From NCBI RefSeq assembly GCF_006345805.1, contig NC_043005.1:38006001-38070000 (forward strand): a DNA stretch of 64,000 nt. The letters are read 5' to 3'. Shown here piece by piece: positions 14,578-27,557 of the stretch. A program made the position numbers and the translations under genes. This DNA comes from Octopus sinensis (Eukaryota). Position 1 is the stretch's first letter, and every line of letters begins with the position of its first letter. The notes below the pieces were generated by a model that saw only the letters and a program-made list of their open reading frames with translations, searched no databases and had not been told where the DNA came from.

Positions 14578-16320
14578 TGTAGCAGCAGCAGCAGCAGTGG
14601 TATTAAAGCAGTAAACTAGCAAAATCATTAGTGCACTGGACAAAATGCTTAGCAGTATTTCACCCGTCACTACATTCTGAGTTCAAATTCCACCAAGGTC
14701 AACTTTACCGTTTATCCCTTCAGGGTCAATGTAATTGACTAGTCCCCTCTCCACAAACTTGCATCTTTGTAGTTTTAGTAGAAAGGATTATTATTATTAT
14801 TAAAGTGGTGAGTCAGCAGAATCATTAGTGTATCAGAAAAAATGCTTAGCAGCATTTCTTCTAACTCTTTCCACTTTGAGTTCAAATCCAGCTGAGGTCG
14901 ACTTGGCCTTTCATCTCTCTAGGGTCAATAAAATAAAACAACCTGTCAAATACTAGAGTCTATGTTATCAACTTGTCCTTTGCCCTAAAACTTGCTGACC
15001 TTGTGCCAAAATTAAAAGGAATTATTATTATTATTATTATTATTATCATGATTCAGTAGTCTTATTTCTATCACATGTTTTCACTGCACTACCAAGTGCA
15101 GCTCTGTGTGTCTTGGTTATGTGCTGTGGTATTTTTACTGTATTGAAAGTGTTTTACGTAGGATGTGTGCAGTGCTTAATAGTGCCATTTTCAGCATGTT
15201 ATTCCTGGTGTTTTCGTTATGTATTTGTCTGAATATCTTTTTTTATCATACCTAATGTGCCTACTATGATCGGAATTATTTCTGTTTTTAGACTCCACAT
15301 TCGAGTTACCTCTATTTCCAGATATTTGTATTTTGAAAGTTTCTCTGTTTCTTTTAGAGAAATATTGTCATCTATTACTATTGATAATTCGATTAGGAGG
15401 CATTTTTTTTTCGTTGTGATCTCTGACAGCTATATCCTGCTTATTGGCCTTAATTTCTCTATCTGTTATTCCATAGTGTTGGCATAGCTTCCAGTGTTTA
15501 TAGGTCCCAACTCTGTCATATTATTTATTATTATTATTATTATTATTATTTTTAAGGTGGTGAGCTGACAGAATCATTGACATGCCAGGCAAAATGCTTC
15601 GTAGAATTTTGTTTGTCTTTAAATTCTGAGTTCAAATTCTGCTAGAGTCAGTTTTGCTTTATATCCTTTCAGAGTCAATAAATAACACTGGGGTTGATAT
15701 AATCGACTAGTCGCCTCCCCCAAAATTTCAGGCCTTGTGCCTTTAGTAGAAGGAATTATCATTATTAGTATTATTATTATTGTTGTTATTATTAGGGTGA
15801 TGGATTAGCAGAATTGTTGGAGTATCAGAAAAAAATCACTTGCAGCATTTTTTCAGGCTGTTTATTTGCTGAACTCAATATTCTCATTCACGCTTTTGAA
15901 ATCAATACAGTAAAATACCAGTAAGATACTGGGGTTTGCGGTATCAGCCAACCCTTTCCCCCTCAAACCTGCTGGCCTTGTACCTAAATCAGATACCATT
16001 CTTCTTCTTCTTCTTCTTCTTCTTCTTCTTCTTCTTCTTCTTCTTCTTCTTCTTCTTCTAGTCAAGTACTGGGATCGATGTTATCAACTCATCCCCTTCC
16101 ACCAAATTTCAGGCCTTGTGCTTATAGTAGAAAGGATTATTATTATTATTATTATTATTATTGTTATTATTATTATTATTAAGGTGGTGAGCTTAGCAGA
16201 ATTGTTAGCATACTGGGCAAAATGCTTAGCCTCATTTCATGTCTTTATGTTCTGAGTTCAAATTCCACCGAGGTTAACCTTTCATCCTTTCAGAGTCAAT
16301 AAAAAGAGTACCAGTTTACT
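13420..16320 (+). mobile_element. Head-to-tail array of about 9-10 tRNA-derived SINE copies separated by (TTA)n and other triplet tracts
   Basis: Repeated unit aaggtggtgagctggcagaatcattagc...ctgagttcaaattc...aagtaccag...ggccttgtgcct..agtagaaaggattattatt. Confidence 0.9.
15049..15520 (-). mobile_element. R4/Dong-like non-LTR retrotransposon 3' end (RLE domain), frameshifted
   Basis: ANKQDIAVRD..KKCLLIELSI..DDNISLKETEKLSKYKYLEIEVTRMWSLKTEIIPIIVGTLG...ALLSTAHILRKTLSIQ*; (TAA)n at both ends on the sense strand. Confidence 0.85.
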
Positions 16321-16699
16321 TTACATGAAGTGTTATAATCTTACATTAACTTTCAAGTCTTTCTCTCATTATCTCCATTGAAAGCACACTCATGGTTTCC
16401 ATGTAAGTTACGGTGGTGTTGCTGTTTCCAAAGTTTTATTTTCATTTCTCTATTATTAATTTTACTCACATCTCAATCTTAGTAGAAACTGATGGATAAA
16501 GAAATCAAACTACATAAACAAACAACAGTAAAACCATTCAGAAATTAAACAACACTATCATATTCAGTAAAAATAATAAATTTAATTTATCCTCGACAAC
16601 TTTATTTTTAATAATTTTGAATATATCACACCTGTTTAAAACCTTTTACCTACTTGACAATTGCATTTCTAGTTCTGCCTTGATGGAAGCTTTACTTCT

Positions 16700-16900
16700 T
16701 GGACACATGTTTTCCTGTGCAGTGTTGTTGTTAAACCTCTGTTAACAGCACCGTATGCAAGTCCTTTCTGTTTTCTTTCACAAATGGATAAATTTTTCAT
16801 TATAGACCTTAATGGTCATAAAGACACTATATCAGTGGATAGACTAAAAAAAGGCCTTCATAGAGAAAACTGCCCCTGTTCCCACAGCAGACACACACAC
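16700..16900 (+). mobile_element. Gypsy/Ty3 integrase C-terminal (GPY/F region) remnant
   Basis: THVFLCSVVVKPLLTAPYASPF...DKIFIIDLNGHKDTISVDRLK resembles THVFVRxDxxxxPLxPPYxGPF...DLNGxxDTVSxDRLK. Confidence 0.75.
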
Positions 16901-16970
16901 AGCATTACAAACATGGCCTGCACACCCACCTTCACATTCCATGATTACCATTGCGATTGATCAGGTACCG

Positions 16971-17163
16971 GGACAAGGATTCTAGATTATTTTTCTGGAT
17001 TTTTTTACTTAATTTTTGAGAGTGGACGGGTTCATTTTTAGTATTCTCATTTGAAAGAGCAGTTGAGTTTATTTCAGATATTCTCATTTTAAAAATGCCC
17101 TCTGGCTAATCATTGAGAGAACGTTGGTGTTGCCTTGGTGTAGGTTGCACTCTCTGAGTGCTC

Positions 17164-17168
<5 letters not shown>
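16971..17168 (+). mobile_element. Possible Helitron-like non-autonomous 3' end
   Basis: Terminal ttgccttggtgtaggttgcactctctgagtgctcttgtt resembles ggcggaggt..gcactctctgagtgc..ctagt ends; recalled resemblance only. Confidence 0.35.
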
Positions 17169-17224
<56 letters not shown>

Positions 17225-17645
17225 CCTTTAAGACATTGCACAGTATCCAATATCGTGATATTGATTGAAGATATCAGGGGTTTGTACTGTCTGTCAATCA
17301 CAACGACCTCAGATGGACAGTACTTTATGCGATATGTGTGCAGTTCTAAGTAATGCCAATTTTTGCAAAACACCTAGATTGTAGGGTATTTCTAAAGTTT
17401 CCAGATGTTTCTTCAGGTTGGGTGGTATTGAACCCAATACTCCAATAACAGTAGGGACAACATTTATGTTTGACTCTCATCACTGCCACATCTTGGTGAT
17501 CTCAGTTCTCAGGTCTCCATATTTATCAATCCTTTCTCTTTTTTTCATGATAATATGTTGATCTCTTGGCACTGCCACGTCGATTATTAGGCACTCGTGT
17601 TTGTCCCTTTTAAAGGTTACTATATCTGTCCTTCAGTGCTCTATG
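17225..17645 (-). mobile_element. Second R4/Dong-like 3' end (RLE domain) of a different family
   Basis: RTDIVTFKRDKHECLIIDVAVPRDQHIIMKKRERIDKYGDLRTEITKMWQ**ESNINVVPTVIGVLGSIPPNLKKHL...QKLALLRTAHISHKVLSI*; (TAA)n on both sides. Confidence 0.88.
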
Positions 17646-17715
17646 TATTATTATCATTATTATTATTATTATCATCATCATTATCATTACTATTATCATC
17701 ATCATCATCACCATC

Positions 17716-17771
<56 letters not shown>

Positions 17772-20695
17772 AGTACCAGAATGGAAAACTTGTAGAATGT
17801 AATTTATATTTCTTTATAGTTCCACTTCAAAACTGTTATATATGTGGGTCAAGGATATTGAGTACCTTTTTCTCCCATAACGCATGGCCCTGCATTTAGA
17901 TAAAGATCATTAGTAGTAGTAGTAGTAGTTGTAGTGGTGGTGGTAGTGGTAGTAGTAGTAGTGGTGGTAGGGGTGGTGGTAGTTGTGGTTGTAGTTGTAG
18001 GGGAGTGAGCTGGTAAAAAGAGTATATTATTGCACTAGCACCAAATGCTTTGCAGTATTTGGTAGCATCTCTTTGCATTCATAGTCCAAACCCTAACAAA
18101 AACTGGCTTAGCTTTCATCCTTCCATCGTCAATAAAATAAACAACATGCATGTATTATACTTCTCTGATCGACATGTGTGACCCTTGTACAAGAGTTTGA
18201 AGTCATTATGAGAACTTGTTAACTTTGTTGTTGTTATTGTTGTTTTCAGTTTTAGTTTTTTCTTATGTGATCTGAAATGTTTAACCAAAATTTGATTTTT
18301 TTTTTTTCATTCCTTTGCAGAAGATCTTCTTTACATGGTTCCACAAACATATCCTCCTCCTCTGTTTGTGACAACTGTTTTTAAGAGCAATCATTCACAA
18401 ATGCAAACACATACGCACACAACAAACATTCATTCATTCATACATCCATTCATGTGTTTGTTTATGTATGTTTGTTTGTTATCTTTTTTTTTTTCTTTTG
18501 AAGTCTCCTACTCAGAAAATATCTGCGACATAAAAGAAATGTTTATTCCTTCAGATAAATTTCCATTATAGAAGAATATTACTGTAAACTATGTGTTTAC
18601 ACGGCAACAACAACAACTACAACAACAGTAATAATGTAATGTTTTTCAGATGCTATATACACAGATCAGACACAATCCAAATAAATGGAAAAATTATTAG
18701 GAGTGACAGTTTCTATATTTAGACCACTATCAGATGTCAGATGTAAACAAATTAGGTCGCATATAGATGGGCCCTGAGAAGGAAAAAATGAACGTTCCAG
18801 GCAAAACTGTGTGTTTCTGAAATCACAACCTAACACATATTTTGGTAGTGCACATTTTCTAATCAGTCTATGGCAGTTCAGGCTGTCTTTAGATCATGTA
18901 GCAATTCCAGAAATATATAATCATTGTCTTCATTTAACATCCCATCTTCCTTGCTGGTATAAGTTGGATGGTTCAATAGGAACCAACACGCCAAGGGGTT
19001 GCACCAAGTTTCAGCATCTGCTTTGGCATAGTTTTCTTAGCTGGATGTCCTTCCTAACACCAACCAGTTTACAGAGTGTACTGGATACTATTTTTTTTTT
19101 CTTTTGTGGCACCAACACTAGTGAGGTCACTAGATAACTTGCAAAACAAGATCCCCTCAGCTGAGTGATGTATAGCATTGAAGGATGTGACAGTATGGTA
19201 GAGGGACAGGACCAGATGTCTAGCTCACAAGGTGAACACATGGCTTCCTCTAATGAAGAGAACGTGTTGGCTTAATGTATTCTAAAATCTATTTGATAAA
19301 TGTTGAACAATATTAAATAAAAGAAAAGTTAGAGAAAGGATATGGATTTATATGAAACAGATAATCAGTGGTTTTGAGAGGAGTTAGTTAGAAACCATCA
19401 GAAAGAATATGTTTGACATAAGGGAATTAAAGTTGATGAACTGACAGAATGGTTAGTGCATCAGAGAAAATGCTTAGCACCGTTTCATCCAGCACTTTAC
19501 AATTTGAGCTCAAATCTTTCCAATGTTGACTTTTGTTTCTCATCCCTTCAAAGTTGATAAAATAAAGTACCAGTCAGGTACTGGAGTCAATGTAACTGAC
19601 TTGCCCACCTCCTCTCAAAATTGCTGATTTTTAGGCTCTACAAGGGACTGGTATCCTGTTCAGGGGAATGTCATGATCTTGGTCACCTGTATACTATGGA
19701 ACCTGGGTAACCAACCTTATAGGTCCTATAGCCCATTAAAGAAAATGGGGAGTTAGAAGAAGGACAAAGATGAGAGAATGATATATATATCATATTAGTT
19801 ATTATTTTATAATCTAGCTACTCTCTATGCCAGCTAGAGCAAAACTTTTCATAAATTTGTGCTATTTTTCTAGTGTCAAAAAACATTCTTACCATGGGAC
19901 ATCCTTTGTATGATAAGCCATTTCTTATTTCACTTACTATAATGTAGAGCTAGTTTCTGTTACCAACAGAGAAATAATTACTGCAATATGCTATCATTTG
20001 ATGGTTGGCTGGAAAATATTCTTTTTAATTTTTCTACATTGTAAATTTTTGATTTAAAAAAATTTTAATTCTTTTTTTTTTTTTTTCTAAAACACTCAGC
20101 TGTTTTGATGTATTTTGTATCAGCAAGTATTCTTGTGGTTGAATGCCTTTGAAACATAGCTCTTATCTATTTTCGAAACCTATTTTCAAATTTAGGCATA
20201 TTAAGACAAATAAGTAAAACAAATAGCTAGCTGCACAGAGACATTAACACAATTACTGCTACAAAGTTTGAAAATCATAAATGTTTGGTTTATTCGTCTA
20301 GCACATTGACTTCATAGACAAATTGTAATCTTAAGTCTTGACAACACTGATTAATTTATTTATTGCACTGAGGATAGAGGACAAAAGTATCAACTGAGGA
20401 ACCAACCTGAATAATTGATATCCTACCAATTATGTTTCTTCTTTTTACCTTTCATTCAATTGAGACATTCTCTTTTTCTGTCTTTTGCTCTCTACTCTGT
20501 TCTCTTTCCCATTCATTCTTATCACTTATTCTCTTTTTCATTCTTCTACACCCACTTTCTTTCCATTTCTGTATTTGTTTTTTTGTAAGATTCTTGATGT
20601 GAAAATCGTGTGTTGAAACAGATGTGTCTTAGAAAAGTCATTTGGCTAATAAAAGATCCACACACACTGGTTCTATTCCACTTCTTTTTGTTGCA

Positions 20696-20773
<78 letters not shown>

Positions 20774-20809
20774 TGTTGTAGTTATAGTAGTAGTAGTGTA
20801 GTAGTGGTT

Positions 20810-20841
<32 letters not shown>

Positions 20842-20869
20842 TGTAGTAGTAGTAATAGTAGTAGTAGTA

Positions 20870-22643
20870 GTATTGAACCGGGGGAAAATGCCTTCTGGTA
20901 TTTATTTTGACTCCTTATATTCTGAATTTAAATCCCGCCTAGGTCAACTTAGCCTTTCATCTGTTCAGGGTTGGTAAAATAAAGGTACCTGTTAAATACT
21001 AGGGTCCATGGCATCAACTGATCCCTTACCCTCAAAATTGTTGGTCAAAACACTTAGCAGCATTTCCTCCAGCCTTTACATTCTGAATTCAAATTCAACA
21101 AAGGTCAACTTTGCCCTTTATCATTTCAAGGTCGATAAAATAAGTACCAATTACACACTGGGGATGATGTCATTGATTAGCACCCACACCTCTAAACTTT
21201 CAAGTCTTGTGTCTATGGAAGAAAGGGTTATTTTTCCCAACTTATTACGTTCTAAATTCAAATTCTGTCAGGGGATAACTTTGCTTTTCATCCCCACCTG
21301 GTCAATATAAAATAGTGTCTGTTAAGTTCTAGGGTCAATGTAATTGATTAATCCCTATCTCTCAAAATTGCTATCCTTGTGCCAAAATATGAAGCCCTTA
21401 TTAGTCAACTAAAAGGCAGAGCACTGGGCTTCATCCAGCTCTTTACATTCTGAGTTCAAATTCCAGGCCAACTTTACCTTTCATCTGTCTAAGATTGACA
21501 AAATAAAGTAGCAGACAAGTACCAGTGTCTGTGTTATAAGCTACATCCTTCCTTTAAAAAAAATTTTTGCCTTTTACCTAAATTAAAAATCATTTTTATT
21601 AGTCAACTAGTCAACTAGTTGACTAATAAGATAGATGAAATAATTAATAATGAATCAAACAATTGAGTAGTTAATTGCTTAATTAGTTATATCTGAAAGC
21701 ATAAAAGATGTGTGGATATTAGATTTACCCAAATCTCAGCAGCGCATAATAAGGGAAAAGGTTTTAGTGCATTAAAGATTATGAGAAGCCAAACTTTATA
21801 TATATGGCCCAGGGAGAATTTCTGAGATATTTAAAATTAAAAAAAAAAAAAACATCTTATTGACCATCAAATATTGCAACTCTTGACTAATAATAATGAA
21901 AAGAAGTGAAGCGGTTTCAGTTCATGTGTTTCTTATTGGCAAAATTACATTTTTAAGATGCAGCTCTTATTTTTTTCTTCTATTTCTTCTTTTTCTCTAC
22001 CTTCATTTTTCCTCTCCTTGCCACCTGTTTTTTCCCTTTTATTTCTCTACTCTTCTCTCTCTCTTTTCTTCCTCTCTCCACCTTTCTTCTTTACTTTTTT
22101 TCCTTCCTTTCCTTCCCAAACACCCACCCATCCACAACCAGTTCTGTCCATCTGTTTTTGTTTCTGATATATCCAACACTTTCTATTTTCTTCAGGCCAA
22201 CCTGGAGGTAGGAGACCCTCAGGTCAGTTTTTTGTATCCCTGCACCATGTTTGAAATGTTGTCCGTAGAGTCTTCTGCTGCTTCTTCCAGTTTCTTTCTC
22301 CTTTGTTTTTTTACCTTCTTTTTTCTCTCTTTCTCTCACTCTACCTTTTTTCTTTTAATCACTTGTGTTAACACTGCCAGAATTACAATACTAGCAAACA
22401 CCTTGGAAAATATTCAAATTTCAAATCAACGAATAAATCAAGTCCAGCAGTTAATTCAGTTGTCCTAGTCATATTATTATTATGATTATCATTACTATTG
22501 TTATTATTATTATTATTATTACTATTATTATTATTATAAAATTCTGCCAAGGTCAACTTTGTCTTTCATCTTTTCGGGGTCGATAAATTAATCAACTTGC
22601 CCCTTCTCCCAGAATTTCAGGCCTTGTGCCTATAATAGAAAGG

Positions 22644-22684
<41 letters not shown>

Positions 22685-22899
22685 GAAGGCAATGAGCTTG
22701 CAGAATTGTTAGCATGACAGGTAAAATGCTTAGAGGCATTTCGTCCATCTTTATGCTTTGAGTTCAAATTCTGCCAAGATCAGCTTTGCTTTTTATCCTT
22801 TTGGGGGTCAATAAAATAAAAACCAGTCAAGTACTGGGATCAATGTTATCAACTTACCCCTTCTCAAAAACTTATTGCCTTTGCGCTAAAATTTGAAAC

Positions 22900-22957
<58 letters not shown>

Positions 22958-23400
22958 GATATTATTATTATTAAGGCAGGGAGCTGGTAGAATCGTTAGC
23001 ACACCAGGCAAAATACTTAGTGGTATTTCGTCTATCCTTAGATTCTAAGTTCAAATTCCGCCAGGGTCAACTTTGCCTTTTATCCCTCTCGGAGTCAATG
23101 AAATAGGTACTGTTTGAGCACTGGGGTCAATGTAATCGGCTTACTTTCTCCCCAAATTTTCAGGCTTTGTGCCTATAGTGGAAAGGACTATTATTATTAT
23201 TATTATCAAGGCAGTGAGTTGGCAGAATCATTAGTTTAGTAGCATTTTTGCTAGTGCTTTATATTTCAACACAACCTCAAATCCTGCCAAAGTCAACTTT
23301 TTGTTTCTTTCTTTCGAGGTTGATAAAAAATAGTACCAGTCAAATACTAGGGGGTTGATGCAATCTACTTGTCCTCTCCCCTCAAAGTTATAAAGAATTA
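20870..23400 (+). mobile_element. Further clustered tRNA-SINE copies with (TTA)n spacers (20870-21590, 22540-23400; also 19430-19625, 25590-26050, 51110-51355)
   Basis: Same unit as at 13420-16320. Confidence 0.85.
22196..22222 (+). CDS. Candidate 27-nt microexon of the host gene; phase 1/1 reading (G)QPGGRRPS
   Basis: About 230-nt pyrimidine tract ending ttctattttcttcag; donor CAG|gtcagt; length is a multiple of 3. Confidence 0.6.
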
Positions 23401-23580
23401 CTATTAGTCCCATTATGCATCATTATTTTTTGTTTGTTGTGTTTAATTAAAAAAAAATTTTTTTTTTAATTTATTAATTTTCCCCTTTGGTTTCCTGTGT
23501 GATACATTATATATACCACCATACAGAATTATGTAAAATCATTTTTGTTGATATTTTTACTTTCCTTATTTTTAACATGT

Positions 23581-23630
<50 letters not shown>

Positions 23631-23768
23631 ATGGATATAAAATGTTATCATATATACATATATATATTTGAGTTCAAAAATATATATGCATATCTATATA
23701 TAATATATATACATACATATATATATACATATATATGTATATATTTATATATATACGTACATACATAC

Positions 23769-23803
<35 letters not shown>

Positions 23804-23804
23804 C

Positions 23805-23850
<46 letters not shown>

Positions 23851-25771
23851 ATGTATATACACACACACACATACACATGTATATATTTCCCTGATTCATT
23901 TAATTTTACTTTTACCCTCTAATGAGGTTTTATAATTTTGCTTCCATGTTTACCTATCACCACCACCACCACCACTACCACCACTTACCTACCTACCAAA
24001 CTCACTGTCGTCCTCACCATCTAATTTCAGTTGACAATTTCTGTCTTGCAAGATTATTAATTTCATTTGCTACATTTTGTTGAGTTGATTTGTTTTGTCT
24101 TTGCGCCTATTTGTTGCCAATATCTCCAGGTAAGGTAACATCTGAGTGTATGTATGTTGTCCTTGTGCATAGATACATTAAGTATGTGTGTATATGTGCA
24201 CATATTATAGTGTGTCTATATATATATGTGTATGTGTGTGTATGTCTCTGTGCAGCATATTATGTGTAAATATGAGTGCATGTGTGTATCATTATTTTAA
24301 TATACACATACACACACATGTATATGTGCATGTGTGTATATATATATATACACACATATATATATATATACACACACATATATATATACATATATATATG
24401 TAGATATATAGATACATATATGTTCTTACACACACAAATATACACATGTATGCATATATATACATATACATATCATAAAATATATGCATATATAATCATG
24501 TATATTTTATATATTATGTGTGTGTGTATATATATATATATATGTGTGCATGTATATATATATATATATATACATACTTATACACATGTTTGAATATATG
24601 CATAGATATACCTGTTAATGTTTGCATATTTAGCTTTGTGGCATGAATACTTATTTCTCTATAACTATATACTATATATACATTTGCCTTTATAGCTGTG
24701 CATATGTGTGCGTGTTATGTGCTTGTTTGTACTTTGTCTTTTTCAAAATCTACTTATATACTGGTAATGTCACTTCTGCTTATACAGATGTGTGATGTGT
24801 GCATGCATGTGTGTGTGTGTGTGTGTGTGTGTATGCATCTATGTTTGTATGCATATGCACACACAAAGACACACAGATACATGCATATATAAGAGTGTGT
24901 TTGTAAGTATGGGTGTATAAGAGCTTAACACATATTTACGCTTGCATATAAATGTATATAAATAAATTTTATGCCTAATTATATTTCTGTGATAGTAAAA
25001 GAGATATGTATATATATATATGTAAGGTTATGTGTGGGTATATAAATTATATATATCTAAATTTTATATATATATGTATACCATTTTGTTCTTTTCCTTT
25101 CTTTCCATGATTATTCTCATTAAATCTCTTTCTCTAAATGTTTTAAAACAACAACTTTTCTTTATGATTGTTTGTTATTTAGTCCATGTGTTTCAACACC
25201 AAATACAAAAATCTATTGTTATATGTGTTACTTTTGTTACTGTTATAGCTGTTATAGGCTGATGGAAGGAAGAATCATTAGAGTATCAGTATTATAATTA
25301 TTTCCTTCTTTCTTTCTTTTTTCTTTTTTTTTTGCCCTTTCTATTCTAAATTCAAATTTCACTTCACTGAGATCAACTTTGTCTTTCGTTCCTACAGGGT
25401 CATTAAAATAAAGTGCTATTGAAGTACTAAAGTTGATTGAATCAAGTATCCCCCTCCCCTCAAAACTGATATCCTAGTGCATAAATTAAGAAACATTAGA
25501 CTAGACAAGTCATGATTTTACATAACTTTACAGCATATATGTGTGTGTGCATGCATGTGTGTGAATGTACAAGAGTGTGTGTATCTAGAATTGTTAGCAT
25601 GTCAAGTGAAATGTTTAGCAGCATTTCATCTGTCTCCAGATTCCATTGGGGTCAATAAATTAAGTTCCAGTGAAACACTGGGTTCGATATAATCGACTAG
25701 TCTCCTCCCCCAAAATTTCAGTCTTTGTACCCTTTTAGCAAACGAGGATTATCATCATCCTTATTATTATA

Positions 25772-25827
<56 letters not shown>

Positions 25828-26056
25828 CATTATTATTAAAGTTGGCAAACTGGCAGAATTGTTAGCACCCTAAGTAAAATGCTTAATGGTATTCCATTTG
25901 TCTTTACATTCTAAGTTCAAATTCCACAGAGGTTCACTTTGCCTTTCATCCTTTCAGGGTCAATAAATTAAGTACCAGTCATACACTGGGGTCGATGTAA
26001 TCAACTTACCACCTCCCTCAAATTTCAGGCCTTGTGCCTATAGTAGAAAGAATTAA

Positions 26057-26092
<36 letters not shown>

Positions 26093-26796
26093 CAATTATC
26101 AATAATGATTCTGCCAGCTTATTATTATTATCAATAAGCTTTGATCCCATGCCACAAAAATTTGTATTGGAAATGTTGTGAGGTAAAATCTCATGCAAAA
26201 CAATATAAGTAGGGCAAAAACTTTGGATTTAAGTATAATTAATTTTTTTTCCTTTAAAAACAAACAATATTTTAATCAAGCTCAAATGATCGAGCTCAAT
26301 TCAAGGAATTTCATGGTATCACTCTCATGCAATGAAGTTTTAAAAGAAAAATTTTATGAGTATTTGTTTCTCAAATTTGAGGGTGATGCTATAGTTCTAT
26401 ACTTTTTTATGAATATAGTTCTATAAGGGAACTTTTAATATATGTCACCAGCATCATTCAGGTAAGGAAAAAAATTGTCAATGACACTGCTAATTTCTAA
26501 TTAGTTTAATTACATCATCTATATTAATTAATGCAATTATATCATAAAACTAAAAGAAATTTAAATACTATTTAGAAATTTTTGGCAATAACCTAGCCAT
26601 TTTGGCAATCTTTCATTTTAAGTCAATGGCATGTGCATACAGCTCAGCTGTTACCTTATGGTGTTTGCTAAATTCTGTGAAAAGTTTTATTTATTTATTT
26701 TTCTGAGTGGAAATGTACATTTTCTTTGAAGTCAGCATAAAGTGTAAGACAGAGGGAATGAACATGGACGTGTGTATGTGTTGGTGGGGTGTGCAA

Positions 26797-27225
26797 GACA
26801 GAAAGTGTGTATTGTATGTGTATGTGAGAGAGAGAGGGGGGGAGAGTGACAGCATACATTTTTTTATTTATTTTTTCACATCTTTTATAAGTCAATGTGT
26901 GAGTGATTGACTGAGAGAGAGAGAGAAAGAGAGCGAGAAGGTGTGTATGTGTCTCTGTGAGACAGAGAAAAAGAGAGAGAGAGATTGTGAAAGCATAAAT
27001 TTTACTTAGCTACTTCTACATACATGCGAAAAAAAGATTGTCCTGAGAACACACACCTTCACTCAGTGACTATCTTCATCTCTCCCTCACACGCACACAT
27101 ACAAAAAGCAAGTATGCATATTTATTTATGTATGTATGTGTATACGACAGATAATGGGTGTACGTATGTGTTTGTGTGCATGTGTGACCGACCCTAGCCA
27201 TTTTACACATACATGACAGCACATT

Positions 27226-27264
<39 letters not shown>

Positions 27265-27399
27265 GACAATGCACCTCTCACTCTCGCTCAGTCAATCACT
27301 CACACAGTCACTCAAAAAGGATGCGAGGAAAAGTAAATAAAAAAATGTACACTGTCATTCTCTCTCTTCTTCTCATACACACACACAACAACAACACAC

Positions 27400-27410
<11 letters not shown>
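26797..27410. repeat. Diverged inverted repeat (about 26797-26990 vs 27210-27410)
   Basis: gtgtgagtgattgactgag vs ctcagtcaatcactcacac; gagtgacagcatacattttttttattt vs aaataaaaaaatgtacactgtcattc. Confidence 0.7.
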
Positions 27411-27455
<45 letters not shown>

Positions 27456-27557
27456 TATACGCATACACAATGCACTTTTCAAATTGCAATAACCTTAAAT
27501 CTTAAATTATTAATTGACACATTATTAATTAGCATAATAGCATAGCCTTGAAAAAAA

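Noticed and set aside
21896-22468. 190-aa F/L/S-rich ORF
   Set aside because: It is the pyrimidine tract around the 27-nt microexon
13420-26050. Regularly recurring units that might suggest CRISPR arrays or tRNA gene clusters
   Set aside because: Eukaryotic SINEs of 200-250 bp with A/B boxes and triplet tails; no cloverleaf, no unique spacers, no cas genes
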